A DNA stretch of 64,000 nucleotides from an uncultured Clostridium sp. (GTDB lineage Bacteria > Bacillota > Clostridia > Oscillospirales > Acutalibacteraceae). Of this stretch, positions 20,824 through 30,865 are shown in pieces. Position numbers and translations under genes: made by a program. The number at the start of each line of letters is the position of its first letter. Within the stretch, counting starts at the first letter, position 1. Under the pieces are notes generated by a model. The model was not told the origin of the DNA. It saw only the letters and a program-made list of their open reading frames with translations, and made no database searches. The stretch is from the NCBI GenBank assembly GCA_964386035.1, contig CAYLQT010000010.1, forward strand, positions 14,963-78,962. Reading direction: 5' to 3'.

Positions 20824-21786
20824 TTAGATAGATATTTCATGAGCAAGCTCATAATCCTTGATGTCGATACTCTTAGTCATCTTGAGAGCTTCAAAAATAT
20901 CGAAATCAACTATTTTGTTATCTCTTATTGCAATAACTCTGTTGCCGACACCCTGAGTGAGCAGGTCAACTGCACGGGAGCCCATCTGGCTTGCCATAAT
21001 CCTATCTCTCGCTGTGGGCGAGCCGCCACGCTGAACATGACCCAGAACAGTAGCTCTTGACTCAACGCCCGTCTCAGCCTCGATCTTCTTTGCAATGTCG
21101 CTTACTCCGCCGACACCCTCTGCTACCATTATGACAAAGTGCTTCTTACCAGTTTTCTGGAACTCACGGATGCGGGAAATAACATCACGGTCAATGTCAT
21201 ACTCAATCTCAGGCACGATTACCGAGGTTGCGCCGACTGCTATGCCTGCTTCAAGAGCAAGATAGCCTGCATTTCTGCCCATAACCTCTACGACTGTGCA
21301 ACGGTCGTGGGACTCTGATGTATCACGGATACGGTCAACCATCTCAACAATTGTGTTAAGGCAGGTATCGTAACCTATTGTATAATCGGTGCAGGAAATA
21401 TCATTATCGATAGTTCCGGGCAGACCGACGCAGGGAATCCCCTTCAGCGAAAGGTCTCTTGCACCTCTGAACGAGCCGTCGCCGCCGATTATTACCATAC
21501 CGTCAATACCGAGTCTTTTGCAAGCCTCAACCGCTTTCATCTGGCCCTCTTCGCTCTTGAATTCGGGGCATCTTGCGGAATAAAGTATTGTACCGCCTCT
21601 GTTAATTATATCAGACACAGAGCGAAGATTCATCTCAAAAACGTCACCGTTTATAAGTCCGGTATAGCCTCTGTTTACGCCGAAAACTTTAAAGCCTCTC
21701 TGGCAAGCCGTGCGGACAACTGCACGGACAGCGGCATTCATTCCGGGTGCGTCTCCGCCGCTTGTAAGCACTGCAATGCTTTTCAT
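20824..21786 (-). CDS. pfkA: ATP-dependent 6-phosphofructokinase
   Basis: LTSGGDAPGMNAA, GGDGSF, PGTIDND, VEVMGR, LGHVQRGG. Confidence 0.98.
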   Translation of the reverse strand: MKSIAVLTSGGDAPGMNAAVRAVVRTACQRGFKVFGVNRGYTGLINGDVFEMNLRSVSDIINRGGTILYSARCPEFKSEEGQMKAVEACKRLGIDGMVIIGGDGSFRGARDLSLKGIPCVGLPGTIDNDISCTDYTIGYDTCLNTIVEMVDRIRDTSESHDRCTVVEVMGRNAGYLALEAGIAVGATSVIVPEIEYDIDRDVISRIREFQKTGKKHFVIMVAEGVGGVSDIAKKIEAETGVESRATVLGHVQRGGSPTARDRIMASQMGSRAVDLLTQGVGNRVIAIRDNKIVDFDIFEALKMTKSIDIKDYELAHEISI

Positions 21787-21833
21787 TGTCTCATTCCTCC
21801 GTCACAAATATAGCTTAATTATGTCGTCATACT

Positions 21834-21862
21834 ATAATACACTGTAAGCCGATTAAAGTCAA
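21834..21862 (-). promoter_or_regulatory. sigmaA promoter for pfkA
   Basis: TTGACT-N17-TATTAT. Confidence 0.65.
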
Positions 21863-21920
21863 ATGAAAATGCAACTTTTCTGTAAATATAAGTCAAAAAA
21901 TCGGATTTTACGAATTATTT

Positions 21921-24900
21921 TCACTCGGTCGGGACATAGATAACATTTTCGTCACCGAGTATGCGCCGGAGCTCCTTGAGCATGGGTGCATTGACATCAA
22001 CGCTGTGCGAATACGGCTGACGAATATATTTTTTCGTGTCGCAATAGTAAAAATACACCGTGTTGCCGCCGTCAAAGAAATCGAGCACTCGCTGTGCAAG
22101 CTCGATTTCGGAGCAATCCTCTCTCGGAAACCGCAGGAACAGTCCCGGGGTCTTTTTCTTTTCCGCCTTTTGCACTTCGTTGCTGTTTGAGGTCTTCGCA
22201 CTGTGTTGCGGTGTCGTTGCTCTTGCTTGACGAGCCTGCTCTGTGTTCACCTTTCTCTCGGCATCCATCGGCGGACACGGCTCTGCAGATTCGCACACAA
22301 GCTTCGTATCCTCGTCCTCACGCACGCTCACTCTGCCGTGGAGAAGTACTATATTGCCCTCAGTAAAAAGCTGAGTCTGCCGTTCATAGAGATTCGAGAA
22401 AACTATTGCCTCAAGCGAGCCAAACATATCCTCAACCGTCAAAAACGCCATGGTGGTATTGTTCTTTGTCACCTTTTTTCTCACTGCGGTGATGATGCAA
22501 AGAACATCCGCTTTCGACTCATCCTTATATATGCCGCCGACCTCATCCGTGTCTCTGAGCTCTGCGGTGTTGGCACATCCAAGCCGTTCGGAAAGCTCTG
22601 CATACTCCGCCATTGGATGTCCCATAAGATAGATACCGGTTATCTCCTTTTCGAGGCGCAACAGCTCACGCTTGTCCATTTCCTCCAGCGTCGGCATTTT
22701 ATACTCGCCGTGAGCAGGTTCTGCGGAAACCGTATCAAAAAAGCCGAGCTGACCGTCAATATTTCTGCGGCGGTCACTGTCAAGCTGTGCCGATATTTCG
22801 GGGAAGGCATAGAGCATCTGACGGCGGTTAGCTCCGAGTCCGTCCAGAGCACCGCATTTAATAAGGTTCTCGACCGCTCTTTTGTTAAAATCCTTGTCCT
22901 GCATACGCTTACAGAATGAATAAAAAGATTTGAACTCACCGCCTGCCGCACGTTCACGCTCTATCTCACGGATAAAGCCTGCTCCGACATTCTTAACGGC
23001 AAGCAGACCGAAATATATCTTACCGTCCTTGGCAGTAAAGCGTTCCGAGCTTATGTTGACATGGGGCGGTACAACCTCGATTCCCAGGCGTGTACACTCT
23101 GCGATATATTCGGAAATTTTTGAAGTATCGTCAAGCACACTGCTCAGGAGTGCCGCCATAAATTCGCAGGGATAATGGCACTTGAGCCACGCCGTTGTAT
23201 ATGCAACAAACGCATATGCGGCGGCATGGGATTTATTGAAAGCATAGGAAGCAAAGGACGACATATCATTGAAAATGTCGTTAGCGGTATTTTCATCCAC
23301 TCCCCTTTTGACTGCACCCTCACATTCAACCGTGCCGTCCTCATTGACAAGGCCGTAAATGAAATTCTTGCGCTCACGCTCCATGACATCGTGCTTTTTC
23401 TTGGACATTGCACGACGTACTATATCCGCTCTGCCATAGGAATAGCCCGCAAGGGTTCTGAATATCTCCATGACCTGCTCCTGATAAACCATACAGCCGT
23501 ATGTCACCTTGAGTATTCCCTCGAGCATTGGTGTCTTATAGCGGACATTGTCGGGATTGTGGCGATTTGCGATATAAGTAGGAATAGAATCCATCGGGCC
23601 GGGACGATAGAGAGAAATAACGGCTATCAAGTCCTCTATGCTCTGCGGGCCGAGACCCATAAGAACGCTTCGCATGCCTGCGGATTCAAACTGAAACACG
23701 CCCTCCGTCTTGCCCGAGGAGAGCATTTTGAAAACTTCTTCGTCCTCATAATCTATCATTTCGTCGGAAAAATCGGTCACACGCTCTTTTATGCTGCGTT
23801 TGGCGTAGTCAATAACCGTGAGCGTGCGAAGTCCCAAAAAGTCTATCTTTAACAATCCCAGCTCCTCGAGAGTGGTCATGGTAAACTGTGTGACTATCGA
23901 CTCATCGTTGCGTGCAAGCGGCACATAGCTCTCAACCGTGTCACGGGTTATAACGACACCTGCGGCATGGGTGGAGGCATGGCGAGGCATACCCTCGACC
24001 TTGCGTGAAAGGTCAATAAGCCTGCGGACATTTTCATCATTGTCATAAAGTGCTTTAAGCTCTGCCGACTTCAACGCCTTATCTATTGTTATGCCGAGTT
24101 CTCTCGGGATAAGCTTTGCAACGGTATCGACATCGCCATAAGACATTCCGAGCACTCTGCCGACATCACGCACAGCAGCTCTTGCCGCCATAGTACCGAA
24201 GGTGACTATCTGTGCAACATGATCGGAGCCGTATTTCTCGATAACATAATCTATTACCTCGCTGCGGCGTTCATAGCAAAAGTCAACATCGAAGTCGGGC
24301 ATACTGACTCGCTCGGGATTGAGGAAACGCTCAAACAGCAAGCTGTATTTCATCGGGTCTATTCCTGTTATGCCGATGGCATATGCGGTGATACTGCCTG
24401 CACCCGAGCCTCTGCCGGGGCCGACAGGGATATTCCGACTGCGTGCGTGATTTATAAAATCGTGGACTATCAAATAATAATCGACATAGCCCATACGACT
24501 TATGACCGACAGCTCATATTCCAGACGCTTTTGATATTCCTCGGGGATATTCTCACCATATCGGCGGTGCATACCCTCCTGCGCCATATTTTTGAGATAC
24601 TCAAAGTGATCCTCGCCGTCCGGCACCTCAAAGTGCGGAAGCTTTGTTTTACCGAACTCAAATTCAACATTACAGCGTTCGGCTATCTCCGAGGTGCGGT
24701 GAACCGCATCGGTATAGTCCGGAAAAAGCTCGAGCATTTCCTGCTCGCTCTTCAAATAAAACTCCTGCGTTTCAAATTCCATACCCGTATCTTCACCGAG
24801 GGTATGGTTAGTCTGGATGCAGACAAGCACCTGCTGCATCTCCGAATCCTCTTTTGCTATATAATGCACATCGTTTGTTGCGACAAGAGGTATACCCGTC

Positions 24901-25484
24901 TCCTCGGACAGCTTTGCGAGCATGGGGATTATCCGTCTTTGCTCGGGCAGACCGTGGTCCTGAATCTCGAGAAAGAAGTTGCCCTCTCCCATAACAGAGC
25001 GATACCACAGTGCTGTTTTCTTTGCGCCGTCATAGTCTCCGCTCAAAAGTGCTCTCGGAATTTCGCCTGCAAGGCATGCCGAAAGTGCAATAAGCCCCTC
25101 GTGATATTTCTCGAGAAGCTCATGGTCTATTCTTGGTTTTGTGTAAAAGCCTGTGACAAAGCTCTCCGACACAAGCTTGATAAGGTTCTTATATCCCGTC
25201 TCGTTCTCACACAGCAGTATCAGATGATACCGCTCGGAATCGAGTGCGTGTACCTTGTCAAAGCGTGAACGTGCCGCAACATACACCTCACAACCGATAA
25301 CCGGCTTTATACCGTGCTTTTTTGCCGCACGGTAAAAGTCGATAACGCCGTACATAACGCCGTGGTCGGTTATTGCAACGCTTGTCTGACCCTGACGCTG
25401 TACCTCGTCCATCAGCTGCTCGATACGGCAAGCACCGTCAAGCAGGCTGTATTCGGTATGAAGATGAAGATGAGTAAACGACAT
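21921..25484 (-). CDS. dnaE: DNA polymerase III alpha subunit
   Basis: PHP HLHLHTEYSLLDG, GRGSGAGS, FERFLNPER, MPDFDVDF, YAFNKSHAAAY, OB fold. Confidence 0.98.
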   Translation of the reverse strand: MSFTHLHLHTEYSLLDGACRIEQLMDEVQRQGQTSVAITDHGVMYGVIDFYRAAKKHGIKPVIGCEVYVAARSRFDKVHALDSERYHLILLCENETGYKNLIKLVSESFVTGFYTKPRIDHELLEKYHEGLIALSACLAGEIPRALLSGDYDGAKKTALWYRSVMGEGNFFLEIQDHGLPEQRRIIPMLAKLSEETGIPLVATNDVHYIAKEDSEMQQVLVCIQTNHTLGEDTGMEFETQEFYLKSEQEMLELFPDYTDAVHRTSEIAERCNVEFEFGKTKLPHFEVPDGEDHFEYLKNMAQEGMHRRYGENIPEEYQKRLEYELSVISRMGYVDYYLIVHDFINHARSRNIPVGPGRGSGAGSITAYAIGITGIDPMKYSLLFERFLNPERVSMPDFDVDFCYERRSEVIDYVIEKYGSDHVAQIVTFGTMAARAAVRDVGRVLGMSYGDVDTVAKLIPRELGITIDKALKSAELKALYDNDENVRRLIDLSRKVEGMPRHASTHAAGVVITRDTVESYVPLARNDESIVTQFTMTTLEELGLLKIDFLGLRTLTVIDYAKRSIKERVTDFSDEMIDYEDEEVFKMLSSGKTEGVFQFESAGMRSVLMGLGPQSIEDLIAVISLYRPGPMDSIPTYIANRHNPDNVRYKTPMLEGILKVTYGCMVYQEQVMEIFRTLAGYSYGRADIVRRAMSKKKHDVMERERKNFIYGLVNEDGTVECEGAVKRGVDENTANDIFNDMSSFASYAFNKSHAAAYAFVAYTTAWLKCHYPCEFMAALLSSVLDDTSKISEYIAECTRLGIEVVPPHVNISSERFTAKDGKIYFGLLAVKNVGAGFIREIERERAAGGEFKSFYSFCKRMQDKDFNKRAVENLIKCGALDGLGANRRQMLYAFPEISAQLDSDRRRNIDGQLGFFDTVSAEPAHGEYKMPTLEEMDKRELLRLEKEITGIYLMGHPMAEYAELSERLGCANTAELRDTDEVGGIYKDESKADVLCIITAVRKKVTKNNTTMAFLTVEDMFGSLEAIVFSNLYERQTQLFTEGNIVLLHGRVSVREDEDTKLVCESAEPCPPMDAERKVNTEQARQARATTPQHSAKTSNSNEVQKAEKKKTPGLFLRFPREDCSEIELAQRVLDFFDGGNTVYFYYCDTKKYIRQPYSHSVDVNAPMLKELRRILGDENVIYVPTE

Positions 25485-25508
25485 ATCAATTCTCCGCTCA
25501 GGCAGAAA

Positions 25509-26402
25509 TTATCCGCCGATCTCGCCGGCTATCTCAACGATCCGCTTCAAGCGGTGGTTTACTCCCGAGCGTGTGAGCGGCGGCTCAACAAGCTGTGCCA
25601 ATTCGCTCAAGCTTTCCTCGGGGTTGTCCCTGCGAAGTATCGCCATCTCACGAAGAGGTGCCGGCAGGGAATCGATACCGACGGTTCTGTCTATCTTTTC
25701 TATTGCTTCAACCTGCACTATTGCCGCATCAACGGTACGGCTGAGGTTGGCATTCTCAAAATTAACACGCCTGTTAACATGGTTTATCATATTCTTGTGC
25801 ATCTTAACGCCCATAAGCTCGAGCGACGAGTTGGTAGCACCGACAAGAGTGAGAAAATCCTCTATTTTCTCGCTGACTTTAAAATACACGATATGACTTG
25901 ACTTTCTTTTGACATATTTAGGCTCGAAGCCAGTCTCATCAAGCAGCTGAATAAGGTCGTTACACAGCTTCTTATAGGAGACGGAAAACTCGAGATGATA
26001 GTTTTTCTCCGGTGAGCTTATTGTACCGCACGACAGGAAAACTCCTCGCAAAAAAGCGGCGAAGCAACAGTCGTTTGCCAAATTAGCACGGTTTATTCTC
26101 AAAGATATATCACGCTCACTGTGGCCGAAATGCTCAAGTATCTTCAGCCTGTCTTCACGACTTTCAACGCTTACGGTAAGCTTGGATATACCCGCCGAAA
26201 ACTCGGGCGTTATTCCGAAAATACGCTTGACTGTGTCACGGTAGAGCAGTGCCGCAGTCTCGTTTTCGGTAGCAAACGATATTTCGGTGACGGAAAACAT
26301 TCTGCCGAAGAGCAACATACCGTAAGCCTGAGCAAGATCACAGCAGTCCGAAATATTCGGTATCTCTATAAGCTCCTGCTTTACATCCGACGAGAACGAC
26401 AC
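25509..26402 (-). CDS. whiA: DNA-binding protein WhiA
   Basis: FLRGVFLSCGTISSPEKNYHLEF, NRRVNFENANLSRT, P.ESL.EL, SGVNHRLKRI. Confidence 0.93.
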   Translation of the reverse strand: MSFSSDVKQELIEIPNISDCCDLAQAYGMLLFGRMFSVTEISFATENETAALLYRDTVKRIFGITPEFSAGISKLTVSVESREDRLKILEHFGHSERDISLRINRANLANDCCFAAFLRGVFLSCGTISSPEKNYHLEFSVSYKKLCNDLIQLLDETGFEPKYVKRKSSHIVYFKVSEKIEDFLTLVGATNSSLELMGVKMHKNMINHVNRRVNFENANLSRTVDAAIVQVEAIEKIDRTVGIDSLPAPLREMAILRRDNPEESLSELAQLVEPPLTRSGVNHRLKRIVEIAGEIGG

Positions 26403-26413
26403 TTTGTTTCCTC

Positions 26414-27271
26414 CTATTTTTTCATATCACGATGCTGAACTGTAGCTATACAGCCTGCTTTTTCAAAATGTTCCTTCAAAAGCTCTGCAAAAACCACGGA
26501 ACGGTGCCTGCCACCCGTACAGCCGACAGAAATAACAAGCTGGCTCTTGCCCTCCTTGCGATAAAGCGGCACAAGGTAATCGATAAGGTCATAGAGCTTA
26601 TTTTCAAGCCCTCTCGCCTCATCCCATTTCAAAACATAATCCTTTACGGGTTCTTCAAGGCCGGTACGCTCTTTAAGCTCCGGAACATAAAAGGGATTCG
26701 GCAGACAACGCACATCAAACATCAGATCCGAATCATTCGGTATACCGTACTTGAAGCCGAAGGAAATACAGTGAACCTTAAGAGCGTTTCCGGGATTGTC
26801 GAGAAACATCTCACAGATACGGTTTTTGCAATCGGTCGGGGTCATATGCGAACTGTCTATAACATAATCCGCTATGCTCTTTGCCGGCTCAAGTATACTG
26901 CGTTCTGCCGAAAGTGCATCGGTTATTGAACCGTTATATTTATCAAGCAGAGGATGCTTACGCCTTGTCTCCTTATAGCGGCGGATAAGCACATCATCCG
27001 AGGCATCGATAAACAAAAGCTTTGCATTACAGTTACGTTCCTTTAGCTCGACTATTGCATTAAAAAGATCTCCGAAAGATGCACCGACACGAATATCGGT
27101 AACAACAGCCACTTTCTCACGCTTTTCACGGGAATTTAAAAGGAGCTGTGCAAAGGTCGGCATAAGCTTTGGCGGCATATTATCAACGCAAAAATAGCCG
27201 ATGTCCTCAAGTGCATCAACAACCCTCGATTTTCCTGCACCGGAAAGTCCGGTAACTATAATAAAAGTCAT
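26414..27271 (-). CDS. rapZ: RNase adapter RapZ (YvcJ family P-loop protein)
   Basis: VTGLSGAGKS, GYFCVDNMP, RRYKETRRKHPL, SFGFKYG, FDVRCLPNPFY, GCTGGRHRSV. Confidence 0.95.
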   Translation of the reverse strand: MTFIIVTGLSGAGKSRVVDALEDIGYFCVDNMPPKLMPTFAQLLLNSREKREKVAVVTDIRVGASFGDLFNAIVELKERNCNAKLLFIDASDDVLIRRYKETRRKHPLLDKYNGSITDALSAERSILEPAKSIADYVIDSSHMTPTDCKNRICEMFLDNPGNALKVHCISFGFKYGIPNDSDLMFDVRCLPNPFYVPELKERTGLEEPVKDYVLKWDEARGLENKLYDLIDYLVPLYRKEGKSQLVISVGCTGGRHRSVVFAELLKEHFEKAGCIATVQHRDMKK

Positions 27272-27284
27272 CTATGTTCTCCTG

Positions 27285-28187
27285 TTAAATGAGCTTTACC
27301 TCGGGCTCAAGCTGCACACCTGTCTGCGCCTTGACCTTGTCCTGAATAAATCTTATCAGGCTAATAACATCGGCAGCTGTGGCATTGCCGCAGTTTATAA
27401 CAAAGCCTGCGTGCTTTTCGCTGACCTGTGCGCCGCCGAAATGTGCTCCTTTAAGTCCGCACTGCTCAATAAGTGCACCTGCAAAATTGCCCTCGGGGCG
27501 CTTAAAGGTACTGCCTGCACTCGGAAACTCCAAAGGCTGTTTTTCCTTGCGGCGTGAAATAAAGTCGTGCATACGCTCCTTGATGCTTTCCTTATCGTCC
27601 TTTTTAAGGCGAACGGTCGCACCGGTTATTATAAATCCGTTTTCCTCATACGCACTGTGGCGATAGGAAAGCTTCATCTCATCTCCGGTGAGAGCTCCGC
27701 ACTCACCGTTTGCGGTCACATACTCACTGCTCACAAGCACATCCTTCATCTCGCCGCCGTATGCACCTGCGTTCATATACACCGCACCGCCGACAGAACC
27801 CGGTATACCGTAAGCAAATTCCAGACCCGAGAGCGAATTTTCAAGGGCAAAGTTACAAAGCTGTGCAAGGCTGACACCGCTTCCTGCGTGTATCGTACAC
27901 TCATCCACAAGGGTCAGCTCACACTGTCTGCCCATAAAAATTACCGCACCCTTTATACCTCTGTCATTGACAAGCAGATTGCTGCCCTTGCCTAAGACAA
28001 AGACGGGCACTGACTCCTTTTTGCAAAAAAGAGCGAGTTGAGCGGTCTGCTCAACATTCTCCGGTGAGAGAAAAAGTTCAGCAGGACCGCCTATTTTAAA
28101 GCTTGTATAATTTTTCATCGAAACGCCTCGCTCGGCAGGACAGTCGAGCGATAATGCGAATTTTTCAAGAGCTTCAATATTATTCAT
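27285..28187 (-). CDS. murB: UDP-N-acetylmuramate dehydrogenase
   Basis: TSFKIGGPA, GKGSNLL, GIPGSVGGAVYMNAGAYG, PSAGSTFKRP, SEKHAGF. Confidence 0.97.
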   Translation of the reverse strand: MNNIEALEKFALSLDCPAERGVSMKNYTSFKIGGPAELFLSPENVEQTAQLALFCKKESVPVFVLGKGSNLLVNDRGIKGAVIFMGRQCELTLVDECTIHAGSGVSLAQLCNFALENSLSGLEFAYGIPGSVGGAVYMNAGAYGGEMKDVLVSSEYVTANGECGALTGDEMKLSYRHSAYEENGFIITGATVRLKKDDKESIKERMHDFISRRKEKQPLEFPSAGSTFKRPEGNFAGALIEQCGLKGAHFGGAQVSEKHAGFVINCGNATAADVISLIRFIQDKVKAQTGVQLEPEVKLI

Positions 28188-28226
28188 ACTGTCTCCCCGA
28201 CATATACCGACAAAGTCGGATGAAAA

Positions 28227-29174
28227 TTATCTGTCAAGCAATGCAGCGCCGATAAGACCTGCATCATTGCCGAGCTTTGCGGAGAGAAGCTGAGTCTGCA
28301 CCTTTGCATGGATGCTGTATCTCTCACGCTCGACCATCTTGCGAAGCGGAACAAGAAGATTCTCCTTCTCGTGGCCTATGCCGCCGCCGATGCAGATGAC
28401 ATCGGGCTGAAGGGCATTGACGACATTTGTGATGCCTGCGGCAAGATAGAAAACATACTGATTGACAACCTTTTTGGCGGTCTCATCGCCTGCACGCATG
28501 GCATCAAACGAGGTTCTTCCGCTTACACGGCTGATATTGTTATCCACAAGATCCCACATTGCCGTGTTGGGATCGTGGCGCATAGCATCCTTGGTCTGAC
28601 GGATAAGGGCGGTTGCCGATGAATAGCTCTCCCAGCAGCCTCTGCGTCCGCAGGTGCAGGGCTCGCCGTCTGCGACTATTACCATATGACCCATCTCGCC
28701 TGCCGCATCGTTGACACCTGTGACGAGCTTTCCGTCTATAACGATGCCGCTGCCGACACCTGTGCCCAGAGTTATTGCAACAAAGCTGTTGACACCCTTG
28801 CCGACACCTGCCTTTGCCTCTCCGAGGGCAGCACAGTTAGCGTCATTGTCAATATAAACGGTCTTTTTAAGTCTTGACTCGAGAATATCACGGGCAGGAA
28901 CCTTATCAAAGCCGAGGTTATTGGCGTACTCAATAAGTCCCTCTTTCTTATTAACGGAGCCGGGAGTGCCGATACCGACGCTCACAACATCGTTCATGGT
29001 AATGCCGGCATCTATAACAGCCGCCTCAACAGCCTTTGCAACATCCTCAAGGATAGCCTCGGCAGGACGTGGGCAATTTGTCTTGAGCTTGCCTCTGCCG
29101 ATAATCTCCATTTTCTCATTGACTACACCGGCAACTATATTAGTACCGCCGAGATCAACACCAACTCTGTACAT
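28227..29174 (-). CDS. ROK family sugar kinase (glucokinase-like)
   Basis: GVDLGGTN, DNDANCAALGE, TLGTGVGSG, GEMGHM, CTCGRRGCWE, GNDAGLIGAA. Confidence 0.93.
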   Translation of the reverse strand: MYRVGVDLGGTNIVAGVVNEKMEIIGRGKLKTNCPRPAEAILEDVAKAVEAAVIDAGITMNDVVSVGIGTPGSVNKKEGLIEYANNLGFDKVPARDILESRLKKTVYIDNDANCAALGEAKAGVGKGVNSFVAITLGTGVGSGIVIDGKLVTGVNDAAGEMGHMVIVADGEPCTCGRRGCWESYSSATALIRQTKDAMRHDPNTAMWDLVDNNISRVSGRTSFDAMRAGDETAKKVVNQYVFYLAAGITNVVNALQPDVICIGGGIGHEKENLLVPLRKMVERERYSIHAKVQTQLLSAKLGNDAGLIGAALLDR

Positions 29175-29215
29175 AATTTTACCTCCAAAGAATCTTAACT
29201 GAATTTTTTAGCTGA

Positions 29216-30181
29216 TTAAAAATCGTGCCAGACTTCAAGCTCCTGCTTTTCGGGAACAATATCATCCGTCATACCGAGCGAATGAAGCAGTTCACGAGCG
29301 GCATTGTAGCCCATTTTCTTCTGCCTGTTATTCATAGCGGCGGCCTCGATTATTATCGAGAGGTTTCTGCCGGGCTTAACGGGTACAACAGTCAGCGGAA
29401 CCTTTATGCCGAGAATTTCGACATATTCATTCTCAAGTCCGAGACGGTCATAGACCTTTTCATTATCCCACAGCTCAAGCTGAACGACCATATCTATCTT
29501 CTCCGTCATCTTGACGGCACCCATACCGAATATTCTTCGAGCGTTGATAATGCCGACACCTCGAAGCTCGATAAAATGGCGTATATTATCGGGAGCACTG
29601 CCCACAAGAGTCTTTGACGATACCCTGCGTATCTCAACCGCATCGTCCGCAATAAGGCGATGTCCCCTCTTGATAAGCTCGAGAGCAGTCTCGCTCTTGC
29701 CGACTCCGCTGTCACCGAGTATGAGCACACCCTCACCGCTGACTTCGACAAGAACGCCGTGACGTGTTATACGCTTGGCAAGCTCGACACCCAGATACGA
29801 TATCAGCGTTGACATACAGCCCGAAGTCGAATCGGGGCTTGTGAGAATGGGCACCGAATACTTTTCGGCGGCCTCTCTGAGCATATCGGGACAGTCAAGT
29901 GAGCGTGTTATAATGACCGCAACCGGCTCTGTTTGCATAAACTGTTCTATACTCTGAGCCGCAGAAGCTTCATCAAGGCTCGAAATATAGTTCATCTCCG
30001 CAAGGCCGAGGAACTGTATACGCTCGGGGTCGAAATACTCACTGTAGCCCGCAAGCATAAGTCCGGGACGATTGACATCCTGCGAGACAACATATACATC
30101 CTCTATGGGCTTTGGAGCATACAAAACACCGAGTGAATTATCCTCCACCACTTTTCTCAACGAAACGGAATATTTGCTCAT
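29216..30181 (-). CDS. hprK: HPr kinase/phosphorylase
   Basis: HGVLVEV, GDSGVGKSETALEL, GHRLIADD, ELRGVGII, VKPGRNL. Confidence 0.98.
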   Translation of the reverse strand: MSKYSVSLRKVVEDNSLGVLYAPKPIEDVYVVSQDVNRPGLMLAGYSEYFDPERIQFLGLAEMNYISSLDEASAAQSIEQFMQTEPVAVIITRSLDCPDMLREAAEKYSVPILTSPDSTSGCMSTLISYLGVELAKRITRHGVLVEVSGEGVLILGDSGVGKSETALELIKRGHRLIADDAVEIRRVSSKTLVGSAPDNIRHFIELRGVGIINARRIFGMGAVKMTEKIDMVVQLELWDNEKVYDRLGLENEYVEILGIKVPLTVVPVKPGRNLSIIIEAAAMNNRQKKMGYNAARELLHSLGMTDDIVPEKQELEVWHDF

Positions 30182-30255
30182 ACTTATCCTCCGTAGTTAT
30201 CCCGTAAAAAAACACAAAAGGCGGCAACACATACCTGCCTATCTTACTGCCTACT

Positions 30256-30284
30256 ATTATAATAGATTTGACAGAAAGTTCCAA
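30256..30284 (-). promoter_or_regulatory. sigmaA promoter for hprK operon
   Basis: TTGGAA-N17-TATAAT. Confidence 0.55.
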
Positions 30285-30340
30285 TAGTTTTTGATGATTT
30301 TTTACACGGAAACTAAGAAAAATTAAAAGTATCCGCAAAT

Positions 30341-30376
30341 AAGCCGAGAGAGACCGCTTGTTCCCTCTCGGCTTTT
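30341..30376. terminator. terminator downstream of mazF
   Basis: AAGCCGAGAG...CTCTCGGCTT 10-bp stem. Confidence 0.65.
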
Positions 30377-30388
30377 GTCTGTTTTATG

Positions 30389-30745
30389 TTAGACTTCCGT
30401 CTCTCTGATTCCGAGGCTGACCGAAAGGGCTTCATCAACTCTGCCCATATCCGTTCCGCCGAGTGCGCCCATCTTTTCTTTCAGACGCTTTTTATCAAGC
30501 GTTCTCACCTGTTCGAGCAAAACTATAGAATCCTTGGCAAGTCCGCATCCGTCCGCATTGACTTTTATATGCGTGGGAAGGTCTGTTTTATACCGCTGAC
30601 TGGTTATCGCCGCCGCTATCACGGTGGGGCTGAATCTGTTGCCGACATCGTTTTGCACAATGAGCACAGGTCTTATGCCTCCCTGCTCCGAGCCGACAAC
30701 GGGGCTTAAATCGGCATAGTAAATGTCTCCCCGTTTAACTGTCAT
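30389..30745 (-). CDS. mazF: MazF/PemK family endoribonuclease (NdoA/EndoA-like), no adjacent antitoxin
   Basis: KRGDIYYADLSPVVGSEQGGIRPVLIVQNDVGNRFSPTVIAAAIT...DSIVLLEQVRTLDK, nearly collinear with B. subtilis NdoA. Confidence 0.96.
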   Translation of the reverse strand: MTVKRGDIYYADLSPVVGSEQGGIRPVLIVQNDVGNRFSPTVIAAAITSQRYKTDLPTHIKVNADGCGLAKDSIVLLEQVRTLDKKRLKEKMGALGGTDMGRVDEALSVSLGIRETEV

Positions 30746-30781
30746 TTTGATCACTCTCCGTTTTTTATTGTCCGGCAATAG

Positions 30782-30811
30782 TATTTTTGCCTGACAAATG
30801 CACGATTAAAC
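30782..30811 (-). promoter_or_regulatory. sigmaF-type (forespore) promoter candidate for mazF
   Basis: GTTTA-N15-GGCAAAAATA on minus strand, 36 nt upstream of ATG; matches GYWTA-N15-GGnnAnAnTA. Confidence 0.6.
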
Positions 30812-30865
30812 ATCGACTTTAAATCGGGGAGCAAAAATTTCAAGTCACTTTATTATATGTCCGTT

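Noticed and set aside
18373-21786. pfkA followed by pcrA instead of pyk
   Set aside because: Ordinary gene-order variation with no further sequence anomaly
24219-25268. 349-aa plus-strand ORF; similar long ORFs at 15111-15953, 34548-35381, 40597-41421, 43145-43996 and many shorter ones
   Set aside because: Antisense shadows of well-supported genes (dnaE, aconitase, Clp ATPase, ecfA1, glmM/ruvB); no motifs and expected from codon bias
21921-25484. Possible intein or intron in dnaE, or in the topoisomerase genes
   Set aside because: Lengths are normal and no intein or LAGLIDADG signatures were seen
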